Origin: an uncultured Acidimicrobiales bacterium
GTDB taxonomy: Bacteria; Actinomycetota; Acidimicrobiia; Acidimicrobiales; SZUA-35
Length of the DNA: 62,866 nt
Reading direction: 5' to 3'
NCBI GenBank assembly: GCA_938009905.1
Contig: CALLGK010000284.1
Location: 1-62,866, forward strand
In this document: positions 17,510 through 26,856 of the stretch, one piece after another
Layout of the letters: each line of letters opens with the position of its first letter
Numbering within the stretch: the first letter of the stretch is position 1
Translations under genes and position numbers: made by a program
Notes under the pieces: generated by a model
What the model saw: the letters and a program-made list of their open reading frames with translations, nothing else
Told to the model about the DNA's origin: nothing
The model's database searches: none

Positions 17510-19864
17510 TTAGGGGTAGAGGTCGGCTCCCCCATCGTCGCCGTCGTGTTCGGCGAGGGCGATCAACGCTCCGTTCACGACGTTGGCGGCGGAGATTCCC
17601 GTAACGGCGTGAAGATCAGCAATCGTGCCGGATTCACCGAAACGGTCGACGCCAAGGCTGATCTGTTGGGTTCCGAGCGCTGAGCCAATCCACGCCAGGC
17701 TGTGGCTGGCCGCGTCATGGACGCTCACCACCGGGCGTCGGCGTTCTGTCTTCGGCACAAGACGGTGCAGATGGCTTGGCTTCCGAATTGGCAGGGCAGA
17801 CGACGTCGCTTCGGCATACACCGCACGCCAACTGCGGTAGACCCGGTCGGGGCTTGTCAGGTGCACAACGGTTGCTTGCACACCCTCGTCGTCGAGCGCT
17901 GCCGCCGCGTCGATGGCTTCGGGAGCCATCGCCCCGGTGGTCACGATCGTGACACCCGGGCGGCCGTCGTCAGGACCGTCGATCAAGCGGTAGCCGCCGT
18001 CGAGCACATGCGAACGCAGGCTGACGTCTCCGTAGCGTTCGAGGGCCTCGGCGAACGGAGCCTGGCTGATGGGGCGGGTCGATAATCGCAGATAGCAGCT
18101 CTCGCCGTCTGGCCGCGACAGTTGATCGAGCGCATCGCAGAGCAACCAGTCGACCTCGGTGGCGTACGCCGGCTCTGCGTAGTGCAGATTGGGAAGTTCG
18201 GCACCGACCGATGCTGTGATAGTCGACTGATGAGCGCCACCCTCGGGCGCAAGCGTCACGCCGGACGGCGTACCGGTCACGATGAACTTCGAATCGTTGT
18301 AGATGCCGTAGATCAATGCATCGAGGCCTCGCAGCACGAATGGGTCGTACACCGTGCCGACCGGCAGCAGGTGCTGGCCGTGATGGTCGTGGCTCAGACC
18401 AAGCTGGCCCAGCAGCATGAAGAGGTTCATCTCGCTGATGCCAAGCTCGATGTGACGGCCGCTTGGTGACGGCGCCCACTTCAGCAGCCGGTCTGCCCCT
18501 CCGTGGTCGTCTCGCTCGGTGGGCGCAAATACGCCGGTCTTGTTGATCCACCCGCCGAGGTTGGTCGAAATCGACACGTCCGGCGCCGTGGTAACGATTC
18601 GCTCCCCTACCCCTTCAATGTCAGCGAGGCTTGAGAGCACGCGACCAAAGGCCTCTTGGCTCGATGTCGAACCGGTGGTGGTCGGCGGACGAGATGCCTC
18701 TGGCACCGGGGGCACAGGGCGGGGGTTGGGTCGAGCGTTATTGATGTCGCCACCGACAAGGTCACAGATGCGGCCTTCGGGAGAGTCAGGGTCGAACCGG
18801 TCGAACTCTGTCGCATCGTCGAGACCGAGCGAATCACGAAAGGCGTCGATCTGATCGGGCGTCATGAGTGCGGCGTGATTGAGAGGGTCGCCGGCCATGG
18901 GCAAGCCCCAGCCCTTCACCGTGTAGGCAAACAGCACGCTTGGTCGTTCCGGATCTCGATCGCACGCCGCGAAGCTCTCGCGCAGCAGCCCAAGGTCGTG
19001 ACCGCCGAGGTCGGTGACGAGCGTCTTGAGTTCGTCGTGGTCCATGTTGTCGACGAACCGAGCAACGGCTGGGTCTGCACCGTCGAGGAACTTGGCCCGC
19101 ACATCGGGGCCGTCGAGGGCGAACAGGGCCTGGTAGGCCTCGTTTGGCATCTCGTCGATGCGGGCTCGTAGGGCGTCGCCGTCTGTCTGCTTAAACGCAG
19201 CGGTGAGCTTGGACCCGTACTTGGCGTTCACCACCTGCCAGCCGGCATCAGAGAAGAATCGCTGCATACGCACGGCGGCGATGTCGGGAATGACGCGATC
19301 GAGGCTTTGACGGTTGAGGTCAATCACCATCGTGAAGTTGCCAAGACCCTTGGTGGCCGGATCGACGATGGCCTCCCACACGTTGCCTTCATCGAGCTCG
19401 GCATCTCCTACCAGTGCAATGAATCGAGCTGATGGCTGATCACCGAAGTGGGCGTCGACGTAGCGACGCGTGAGGGCCGAGAACAGCGGGGCAACGGCAC
19501 CGAGACCAACCGATCCGGTCGAGAAGTCGGCGACGTCTGGATCCTTGGTGCGCGACGGATACGCCTGCAGCCCGCCAAGCTCTCGCAACGACGTGAGGTA
19601 GGAACGATCGAGTTCGCCGGTGAGGTATTTGATGGCGTGGTAGACGGGCGAGGCATGCGGCTTTACTGCCACCTTGTCTTCGCCCCCAATGTGGCCGAAC
19701 CACAGGGCCGTCATAATCGACACCATTGAGGCGCACGAGGCCTGATGGCCTCCGACCTTGATGGCACCCTTCTCTCGTCTGTTCGCCACATCGACGATGC
19801 GCGACGCAAGCCAGAGCACGCGCTGCTCGATCGAACGCAACGCGTCGAGATCAACCTCGTTCAT
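17510..19864 (-). CDS. Transketolase-like 2-oxoacid dehydrogenase E1 component (homodimeric AceE-like)
   Basis: 784 aa. N-terminus VGGHQASCASMVSIMTALWF...YPSRTKDPDVADFSTGSVGLG and ThDP motif GDAELDEGNVWEA. Confidence 0.8.
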   Translation of the reverse strand: MNEVDLDALRSIEQRVLWLASRIVDVANRREKGAIKVGGHQASCASMVSIMTALWFGHIGGEDKVAVKPHASPVYHAIKYLTGELDRSYLTSLRELGGLQAYPSRTKDPDVADFSTGSVGLGAVAPLFSALTRRYVDAHFGDQPSARFIALVGDAELDEGNVWEAIVDPATKGLGNFTMVIDLNRQSLDRVIPDIAAVRMQRFFSDAGWQVVNAKYGSKLTAAFKQTDGDALRARIDEMPNEAYQALFALDGPDVRAKFLDGADPAVARFVDNMDHDELKTLVTDLGGHDLGLLRESFAACDRDPERPSVLFAYTVKGWGLPMAGDPLNHAALMTPDQIDAFRDSLGLDDATEFDRFDPDSPEGRICDLVGGDINNARPNPRPVPPVPEASRPPTTTGSTSSQEAFGRVLSSLADIEGVGERIVTTAPDVSISTNLGGWINKTGVFAPTERDDHGGADRLLKWAPSPSGRHIELGISEMNLFMLLGQLGLSHDHHGQHLLPVGTVYDPFVLRGLDALIYGIYNDSKFIVTGTPSGVTLAPEGGAHQSTITASVGAELPNLHYAEPAYATEVDWLLCDALDQLSRPDGESCYLRLSTRPISQAPFAEALERYGDVSLRSHVLDGGYRLIDGPDDGRPGVTIVTTGAMAPEAIDAAAALDDEGVQATVVHLTSPDRVYRSWRAVYAEATSSALPIRKPSHLHRLVPKTERRRPVVSVHDAASHSLAWIGSALGTQQISLGVDRFGESGTIADLHAVTGISAANVVNGALIALAEHDGDDGGADLYP

Positions 19865-19921
19865 GCCGCCACCCTAGAACGGGCCAGGTTCACAACGACG
19901 GGTCTTGCCAGCCGTGAATCG

Positions 19922-21535
19922 TCAGTTGATCTCGCGGGTGGTGATGGTCGAGAAACACATCTCGTCGTTGGTGCCGTCGGCCCACAGGATGTAGCGAGGC
20001 TCCACGTCGTCTGGCAGCAGGGAACGGTCCCACGAGCACTCAACCAGCACGGTGTCGCCTGGCTTCAGAATGATGTCGTCAACGGGCGAATAGTTGAGCT
20101 GCCAATCGAAGTCCCACACGGGGATGTCGAGCAGCACCCGTTCATCGGGCGTGTCGGGATTCAGCGTCATCTTGAACGATGTCCCGATCTCGTGCTCGTG
20201 GCCGAGCACCGAGATCAACTGGCCAAACTCGTAGATCGGCAGTTCGCAACTTGAGCTCACTTGGCCGTCTGTGTCGTCTTGAAATACTGAGTGGTGCGTG
20301 CCGCAGATTGAGTTGAACTGGTTTGACCGCACGCCCTCTTCGCCGAAGCGCTCGACGGCATCTGCATAGGCCGCGTCGCGATCACAGAGCGGCCCGGACT
20401 CGTCGTCAGAACAAGGGATCTCAACCGGTGCGATGTACTCGGCTTGATTCACCTGGTCGAGCTCAGCGCCTGGCTCGGCGAGGTCGATCTCGAGCGTTGA
20501 GTTGTCCGGTGCCGTCTCAACTTCATTGTGATAGTGCACCTGGATCACGATGAAGTCGCCAGCCTTCACCTGAAGACCTGAACCCTCAGGGAACTGGGTT
20601 GGGTCCTGACCGGGTGCCCACCCAAGGAAAATCGGATCGCTGTATGGCAAGCCCGAGCTGCCAAAGCACGACCAGCCGCCCTGTGGGTCTTCAGCGGCGG
20701 CCGCAACGGCATCTTCCATTGCCTTCGCAGGAAGGATGTAGCCGATCGCGTGGTGAACAATCTCGGCCTGATCGGGCACAAACCGATAGCCCTCGATGAA
20801 CACGTCTTCGGTGAACTGAGGGTCGTAGATGTTGCACCGGTAGTCGTCGATGACGCTGAGGTCGCCCTCGTACTGTTCGCGAGGCTCCAACGTTTGATCA
20901 ACCTCGTCGAGCTGCAGCAAGCCCGAAGGAGCAGTCACCACCGTGTCAGCAGCAACGTCGATCTCGCCGCCAGCGTCAGACCACGCAACGATCGCGTCAA
21001 TCTGATCTTGGCGAAGACGACGATCGCCAGCGTGCAGGATGCTGTCGCCACCGGCCGGCCATGGCGGCATGTAGCCGATCTTCACGACTCCTGAGATTGC
21101 GGCATGGTTCGCTTCAATGTCGGCAACGGTCTCGAGCTGCCAGTGGGCCGAGCCAGCCCCGCCTTCGTTGTGGCAGCTGGCGCAGCTCTCGGCGATCAGT
21201 GGCTGAATCGTGGCCCCGAAGTCGTCGTTGAAGACGATGGCGTCGAACGCCGACGCATCGGCGGCTGCATCGACCTGCTCAACGGCCTCGCCAGACGAAT
21301 CTGCGTCGCCAGAATCTGTATCGCCAGACGAACTTGTGTCATCTGACGAGGCGGCATCGCCTGCGGCCTCTGAACTGTCGCCCTCGTCACCGGCGTCGTC
21401 GCCAACGAGCGCGTTCACGTCTGTGTCGCCTCCCGAGTCGTCGGCAGGATCGTTCGCCGAACATGCGCTGACAACGAGGATCAGCAGGGCAACCAGCGCA
21501 GGCAACACTGCCGGGAGAAATCGCTTCATGCTCAC
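19922..21535 (-). CDS. Lipoprotein: acidic linker + CxxCH cytochrome-like module + PHM/DBH-type copper monooxygenase domains
   Basis: Lipobox LILVVSAC-S and a D/S/G-rich linker. CASCHNEGG...GYMPPW resembles a planctomycete-type cytochrome c module. Then YRC, IVHHAIGY, IQVHYHN, LGHEHEIG and GTNDEMCF line up with the PHM ligands H107/H108, H172, H242/H244 and M314. Confidence 0.65.
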   Translation of the reverse strand: MSMKRFLPAVLPALVALLILVVSACSANDPADDSGGDTDVNALVGDDAGDEGDSSEAAGDAASSDDTSSSGDTDSGDADSSGEAVEQVDAAADASAFDAIVFNDDFGATIQPLIAESCASCHNEGGAGSAHWQLETVADIEANHAAISGVVKIGYMPPWPAGGDSILHAGDRRLRQDQIDAIVAWSDAGGEIDVAADTVVTAPSGLLQLDEVDQTLEPREQYEGDLSVIDDYRCNIYDPQFTEDVFIEGYRFVPDQAEIVHHAIGYILPAKAMEDAVAAAAEDPQGGWSCFGSSGLPYSDPIFLGWAPGQDPTQFPEGSGLQVKAGDFIVIQVHYHNEVETAPDNSTLEIDLAEPGAELDQVNQAEYIAPVEIPCSDDESGPLCDRDAAYADAVERFGEEGVRSNQFNSICGTHHSVFQDDTDGQVSSSCELPIYEFGQLISVLGHEHEIGTSFKMTLNPDTPDERVLLDIPVWDFDWQLNYSPVDDIILKPGDTVLVECSWDRSLLPDDVEPRYILWADGTNDEMCFSTITTREIN

Positions 21536-21601
21536 AGAGGGTAGATCGGCACGAAGCCGGAGAAGTCGCGGTCTCGGCGTTCCACTCCGGAACTACCGGG
21601 A

Positions 21602-23038
21602 TCACCGAGAGGCGGCAGCCCACAGTTCGCGTTCGGCGCTGAGCGGATCGCTCACGACCGCAGAGGTGTCGTCTGCGCCCGGTTGGTCGAACTCCATGGT
21701 CTGACGACCCGACTCGACGCTGTAGGGCGCCCAACCAGGGCCGCCGGTCTTGATGAAGTCGGCCCACGCGGCGTGCATGCGGCCCGCCAGTGTGGTTGGG
21801 ATCACGCCTTCGCCCAAGAAAAGTTCGACACCTGGTCGATCGAGGGTATTGAACATGAAGGGAATCTCGAGTGCATGGGTTGACCCGAGGCCTTTCACGC
21901 GGGAGGCCCAGCGGAACAGATAGCTGAAGGTCGGCCCGTGGTGGGCTTCGGCCAGACGTGTGGCCGGGGCGCGAAACATCTCATCGGTTCGAGCCGCCGA
22001 TAGCACCTGGGCTGGCGTTGCTTCCGCGCCGAGCCGGGCTCGATACACCGCGGCGGCTGCTGCTCCGTCGCCTGTTGCATCGGCGAGCTTGCGAAGCATG
22101 CGAGCTTCGTCTGCTTTGCCTACACCCCAAAGCGAGGACTCGTCGAGGTTGGTGCCGATCATGAGCGCCACGTCGCTGGCAGCTCCGGCCGAGATTGTCG
22201 CAAGCGGCATCTCTGGCAGGTGGACGCTTCCAACAACGGGTGCAAACGGCATCGTTCCGAGTGCACTGTCTTGGGCCAGCGCAGCTTCCGCCTTGGACTG
22301 CACCGCGATCAGTTCCTGCCAGGTCGCGTCGTATGGATCGGCGTCGAGTTCGGCCAGAAAGGTCTTAGCCACGAGAGCGCCCTTGTCGGCCGGCACGACG
22401 TGTCGGGCGGCGCCAGACTGCGCGATCGCTGCCCGGTACAAACCAGCGCTCGCCGGCATGGACAACAACGTGCCAACGGCCATCGCACCGGCTGATTCGC
22501 CAGCGATCGTTACCTTTGCCGGGTCGCCGCCAAAGTTCGCAATGTTGTCGCGGACCCACTCCAGCGCGGCGATTTGATCGAGGAGCCCGTTGACCCCTGA
22601 GCCGGGCCGGTCATCGAGTTCCATGAAGCCAAGCGCACCCAACCGATAGTTGATGGTGACCGTGACAACGTCGTGGTTCGTAGCAAACGACGCGCCGTCG
22701 TACCACGGGATGGCGCCTGTGCCAGTGCGGAACGCGCCGCCGTGGATCCACACCATCACGGCTCGGGAGCCATCGTCGCATGCTGGCGTGCACACGTTGA
22801 GCGTGAGGCAGTCTTCGTCGACCGACTTTGGACCGGTGCCCATGAGGCTTCCCGGCTCGCCCGTGGGTTGTGGAGCCGCCGGTCCGAACCGCTGGGCCTG
22901 CCGGATGCCGGACCATGGTTCGGGAGCCTCTGGCGGGCCAAACCGACGTGCGCCCGTCGGTGGCGCGGCAAACGGAATGCCAGCGAAGAGCTGAGCTCCC
23001 TTGCGCTCACGGCCCTCGATCTCGCCACCGGTGGTCAT
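21602..23038 (-). CDS. Carboxylesterase type B (para-nitrobenzyl esterase-like)
   Basis: ATG 23038 gives MTTGGEIEG...FAGIPFAAPP, with VWIHGGAF and nucleophile elbow GESAGAMAV. Confidence 0.85.
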   Translation of the reverse strand: MTTGGEIEGRERKGAQLFAGIPFAAPPTGARRFGPPEAPEPWSGIRQAQRFGPAAPQPTGEPGSLMGTGPKSVDEDCLTLNVCTPACDDGSRAVMVWIHGGAFRTGTGAIPWYDGASFATNHDVVTVTINYRLGALGFMELDDRPGSGVNGLLDQIAALEWVRDNIANFGGDPAKVTIAGESAGAMAVGTLLSMPASAGLYRAAIAQSGAARHVVPADKGALVAKTFLAELDADPYDATWQELIAVQSKAEAALAQDSALGTMPFAPVVGSVHLPEMPLATISAGAASDVALMIGTNLDESSLWGVGKADEARMLRKLADATGDGAAAAAVYRARLGAEATPAQVLSAARTDEMFRAPATRLAEAHHGPTFSYLFRWASRVKGLGSTHALEIPFMFNTLDRPGVELFLGEGVIPTTLAGRMHAAWADFIKTGGPGWAPYSVESGRQTMEFDQPGADDTSAVVSDPLSAERELWAAASR

Positions 23039-23114
23039 TGTTCGGGGTCCAATCATGACCCACCAACGTATGGTCGGCTGGGCCAGAGCGCCACCCAACA
23101 GCAGAGCTGCTGCT

Positions 23115-23759
23115 CTATCCCATCAGCCCAGCTTCGTAGGCCATTACGACGGCCTGCACGCGGTCACGAGCTTGCAGCTTCGAAAGCACTCGTTTCACAT
23201 GCGTCTTCACCGTGTTTTCTGCGATGAAGAGCTGCTCGGAGATCTCGCTGTTTGACCAACCTTTGGCGATCGCTACCAGCACTTCTCGCTCCCGTTCGGT
23301 GAGCGATTCGATGCCCGGATGGTCGACGTCTCGGCGTGTCGTTGACGAGAACTGTTCAATCACCTGACGAGTCACCGAAGGTGAGAGCAGGCCCTCTCCT
23401 TCCGCGACTACCCGTATGCCGTCAAGCAGTTGTTCCGGCGGCGTGCGCTTCAACAGGAACCCGCTCGCTCCAGCCTGCAGACCATCAAAGACGTAGTCGG
23501 CCACCTCGAAGGTTGTGAGGATGATCACCGCCGGTCCGTTTGGCAGGGCGGTGATGTACGTGGTTGCTTCGATGCCGTCCATGCCGGGCATACGGATGTC
23601 CATGAGCACGATGTCGATGCCACCGGCTCGAGCCAGCTCCAGGGCTTCTGCGCCATCCGATGCCTCGGCCGCCACCGTGATGTCGTCGGTTTGCTCGATG
23701 ATCATGCGAAGACCCGCACGCATCAGGTCGTCATCGTCGACGAGGAGAACCCGCGTCAT
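23115..23759 (-). CDS. NarL/LuxR-family response regulator
   Basis: REC domain (VLLVDDDDLMRAGL...DIVLMDIRMPGMDG) plus a LuxR HTH (LTEREREVLVAIAKGWSNSEISEQLFIAENTVKTHV). ATGA overlap with the kinase stop. Confidence 0.9.
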   Translation of the reverse strand: MTRVLLVDDDDLMRAGLRMIIEQTDDITVAAEASDGAEALELARAGGIDIVLMDIRMPGMDGIEATTYITALPNGPAVIILTTFEVADYVFDGLQAGASGFLLKRTPPEQLLDGIRVVAEGEGLLSPSVTRQVIEQFSSTTRRDVDHPGIESLTEREREVLVAIAKGWSNSEISEQLFIAENTVKTHVKRVLSKLQARDRVQAVVMAYEAGLMG

Positions 23760-24928
23760 GACGCAACCGGCAAGCTGCAGCGAACCACGGTGCCCCCACT
23801 CGGAGCCGGTTCGACGTCGAAACTGCCGCCCAATGCCTCGGCCCGGGCAGCCATGCCTCGGCGACCTCGGCCTGGCTTGGAGCGGCCAAGGCCCTTGCCG
23901 TCGTCTGTGACGGCAATGGTGACCATCGAGTCGTCGGACGCGACGTCGATGGACACCGCCGTTGCGTCTGCGTGTTTCACCACGTTTGTCATTGCCTCCT
24001 GGGCAACCCGGTAGAGCGCAAGCTGTTGCGAGCGGGGAATGTCGTCTGCCGACACGGCCTGATGCAGTTCGACACGTAATCCGTCGCCTGATGCGTTTGC
24101 AACGAGGGTTGCGAGATCGTCGAGGCCCGGTTGAGGCGCAAGCGGGGCCGCTTCGTCGACGGGTTGAAGCAGGCCAAGCACTCGATCGAGATCATCGAGA
24201 GCGCCCCGACCGGCCGACTCGATGGTGGTGAGTGCCTGTACGGCTTGGGCTGGGTCCTTGGCCAGCGCTCCCCTCGCCGCTCCCGCGTGCACCAGCATCA
24301 CATTGAGGCTGTGCCCGAGAATGTCGTGCACTTCCTGCGCCATCATGCGCCGGTCGGCCTCGTGCTCGAGCTTGGCCTGGCGAGCTTCGGCCAAGGCCAC
24401 GGAGAGATCGCGTTCTTGTCGGAGGTTGCCCCGCTCGTTCGCACCGCCGAAGATACGTCCGACCAGCCAGATCGCCAGCCACAGCAGAAGAATCGCCGCA
24501 ACCGTTGCGTCGGTTTCTGCTTCATCAGGAAACTGCTGGAAGTAGAAGCCGACGGCGATCAGGCTCAGCGGCAACGTGAGCCACGCCCACCAGTGGCGGA
24601 CCAACACGGCCACCATCACCATGCAGATCAGCTGCGTCCACTGATAGAAGTCGCTGGGCTCTGTCAGCGCAATCAGCGGAACAAGGGCGACGAGGTTGAA
24701 CACGAATGCGGCAGTAGGGGCGACGCGAATGAAGACAACGGGAATCACCGCAAGAGCGGCGAGACCCGTTGCCAACAAGGAGGCTCCCGTCGAGCGATCG
24801 GTGAGGTACCACACCTCGATCAGGATCAAGCAGAGCAAGACCAGTGCGGTCAGGGCTTCAGCGATCCCGATGCCCGATCGCAAGCGGCCTATCAACCCCG
24901 ACCGCAAGCGGTGTGTCAGCAGAGTCAC
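23756..24928 (-). CDS. Sensor histidine kinase (HisKA_3 type)
   Basis: Multi-TM N-terminus, H-box AQEVHDILGHSLNVMLVHAG, and HATPase_c (VTDDGKGL...GRRGMAARAEALGG). Confidence 0.9.
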   Translation of the reverse strand: MTLLTHRLRSGLIGRLRSGIGIAEALTALVLLCLILIEVWYLTDRSTGASLLATGLAALAVIPVVFIRVAPTAAFVFNLVALVPLIALTEPSDFYQWTQLICMVMVAVLVRHWWAWLTLPLSLIAVGFYFQQFPDEAETDATVAAILLLWLAIWLVGRIFGGANERGNLRQERDLSVALAEARQAKLEHEADRRMMAQEVHDILGHSLNVMLVHAGAARGALAKDPAQAVQALTTIESAGRGALDDLDRVLGLLQPVDEAAPLAPQPGLDDLATLVANASGDGLRVELHQAVSADDIPRSQQLALYRVAQEAMTNVVKHADATAVSIDVASDDSMVTIAVTDDGKGLGRSKPGRGRRGMAARAEALGGSFDVEPAPSGGTVVRCSLPVAS

Positions 24929-24937
24929 TTCCGAACG

Positions 24938-25936
24938 CTACCTGTTCTCGACGATCGACTTCGAAGGCGAACGGAAGGCCATCACCGTCAGCGCCGCCAT
25001 CGATGCACCCAGTACCGCCAGGCTCGTGCCGGCCAGGCTGCCAGACGTTGCGACCAGATCGCTAGGTGAGCGACCTTCGAACGTTTGCAGCACGCTGAAG
25101 CTCAGCAGGCCGACGTAGGCAGTGACGATGACAGACATCCAGCGCACCTTGGCCGTTCGAGAAGCGCCAGCGACTCCCAGCAGCACAGCGGCGATGGCGA
25201 ACACATGGATGCCGTGAAAGGCAACTCCGTGCGGGAACTTGGGCAGCCCGGCTTCGCCGTAGGTCACCGACTCCGGCACCTGATTGAACTCTTCGGTGTA
25301 GGCCGTGCCGAGGCTCACCAGCCAGCTACCGATGCCAAGGCCGGTCATCATCACGGCCATGCCAGCGATGGCGGCGATTCGAACGGCTGGATCGGTCGGC
25401 CGATCGATGATGGCCCACACCAGCAACGCCACGAGAGCGATCGACAGCACCATCACGGCCTGACCCATGATTCCAAAGATGATCGAGCCCTCGGCTGACG
25501 GATTGAAGTGCGATGGCTCACCTCGCCAGGTCTGCCCTGAGATCAACGTGATTTCGATGAAGCTCGTGGTGGCAACAACCCGGCTGATGATCTTGGCGCC
25601 CCGACGCTCGGGGAGCCGATCGAGCACCCACCCGACGGCCCAGGCCATGAGGGCAAACGATGCAGCAAACACGATGGGTTTGCGCCACGACACGGCGCCA
25701 GCCCATGGGCGATCGTCGGCGAGAAACACGCCGATGTGCACGACGGTCGAAACCAACAGGATGAGCGAGACCCGCCCCATGAGGCGTGATGGGCCTCGCT
25801 GCGGACGGAGCTCGGAGTAGATCCGATCCATGGTGCCGATGTCGGCGGGCTGGCCAGCAAGCTCGTTGCGAGGATCGGTCGGAGCGACGAAGGTTGCGCT
25901 CGATGGGCGGTTGACGATGCGCTGAAACGTTGTCAT
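24938..25936 (-). CDS. Hypothetical integral membrane protein (first gene of the two-component operon)
   Basis: 332 aa with about 8 hydrophobic segments. It lies 9 nt upstream of the kinase gene. No family recognised. Confidence 0.55.
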   Translation of the reverse strand: MTTFQRIVNRPSSATFVAPTDPRNELAGQPADIGTMDRIYSELRPQRGPSRLMGRVSLILLVSTVVHIGVFLADDRPWAGAVSWRKPIVFAASFALMAWAVGWVLDRLPERRGAKIISRVVATTSFIEITLISGQTWRGEPSHFNPSAEGSIIFGIMGQAVMVLSIALVALLVWAIIDRPTDPAVRIAAIAGMAVMMTGLGIGSWLVSLGTAYTEEFNQVPESVTYGEAGLPKFPHGVAFHGIHVFAIAAVLLGVAGASRTAKVRWMSVIVTAYVGLLSFSVLQTFEGRSPSDLVATSGSLAGTSLAVLGASMAALTVMAFRSPSKSIVENR

Positions 25937-25971
25937 GCCTTGAACGTAAAATCAGGCTCACGTTCCGTCGT

Positions 25972-26016
25972 CACCCCGCAGGGGTATCGGACTCACCCCG
26001 TGGGGGTATTCGGCTA
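25972..26016. repeat. Tandem 22/23-bp direct repeat, each unit containing a CCCC-N3-GGGG hairpin
   Basis: CACCCCGCAGGGGTATCGGACT (25972-25993) and CACCCCGTGGGGGTATTCGGCTA (25994-26016). It lies between the stop of gene 26014 and the start of the membrane/kinase/regulator operon. Confidence 0.75.
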
Positions 26017-26448
26017 GGCGTTGGCGAATGAGCGACCGATAAAGAAGGCCATCAGCGCTGAGACGTAGCCAACCACGAGCAGCCCAAACAGAATGCGGCT
26101 GCTGCGGCCGCTATCGCCTCGAGCCACCCAACCAGCAAGCAGGAACGATCCCATCGGGATCAACCCGCCGACGTAGTGGATGTAGAGCTGCACGATGCCC
26201 TGCCCCTGGTCGAGCAGCTTGATGCCCAGAAGAATCTGAGCCACCAGGGCCAGTTGGGCAGTGATCATGACCAGGAACGCCGGCCTCGTGACCGGTTCGT
26301 TGCGCAGGGCGTGACGGCCAATGGCGATGACGGCAGCGGTCATCGTGATGAGCACGATGACGCCCGTCACGAGGTGCGCAGACGAATCGATGATGAAGTT
26401 GTCGATTCGACCATCGCCGAGGTGATTGTCTGCCGGAGCAATCTGCAC
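26014..26448 (-). CDS. Hypothetical small membrane protein
   Basis: C-terminal part of ORF 26014-26712, with 4 hydrophobic segments (VTGVIVLITMTAAVIAIG, AFLVMITAQLALVAQILLGI, LYIHYVGGLIPMGSFLLAGWV, ILFGLLVVGYVSALMAFFIG). GTG 26448 is chosen because the upstream part overlaps the divergent ABM gene. Confidence 0.45.
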   Translation of the reverse strand: MQIAPADNHLGDGRIDNFIIDSSAHLVTGVIVLITMTAAVIAIGRHALRNEPVTRPAFLVMITAQLALVAQILLGIKLLDQGQGIVQLYIHYVGGLIPMGSFLLAGWVARGDSGRSSRILFGLLVVGYVSALMAFFIGRSFANA

Positions 26449-26481
26449 CGCCAAAGTGTGCCCGCCAGATAGACAGGACCC

Positions 26482-26841
26482 ATGTCCATCGTGAAGATCA
26501 ATGCGCTCGAGATTCCACCGCAGGCTGGCGACGAGATCGTCAAGCGGTTCACGGCACGAATGAACAGCCTCGCCGACGTCGAGGGATTCCTCGGTTTCGA
26601 GCTGCTTCGCCCAACCGGCGACGCCGAGACGCGCTGGTTCGTCTACACCCGTTGGGCCGACGACGCCTCGTATGCCGCTTGGCGCGATGGTGACGGAGCC
26701 CAGGCCGCCCACGCCCGACCTTCCGGCGACAGTGACGGTGGCGCCGACGGCGACGAGCCACCAGCTCGCCCGCCCGTCAGCATGGGGGCCACGCTGCTCG
26801 AGTTTGCGGTCGAGGTTGAGGTCGGTCCGTCCGGCGTCTGA
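26482..26841 (+). CDS. Antibiotic-biosynthesis-monooxygenase (ABM) domain protein
   Basis: MSIVKINALEIPPQAGDEIVKRFTARMNSLADVEGFLGFELLRP...WFVYTRWADDASYAAWRDG shows the ferredoxin-like ABM/IsdG-type pattern. Confidence 0.7.
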   Translation: MSIVKINALEIPPQAGDEIVKRFTARMNSLADVEGFLGFELLRPTGDAETRWFVYTRWADDASYAAWRDGDGAQAAHARPSGDSDGGADGDEPPARPPVSMGATLLEFAVEVEVGPSGV

Positions 26842-26856
26842 GCCCGACCGAAGAAC

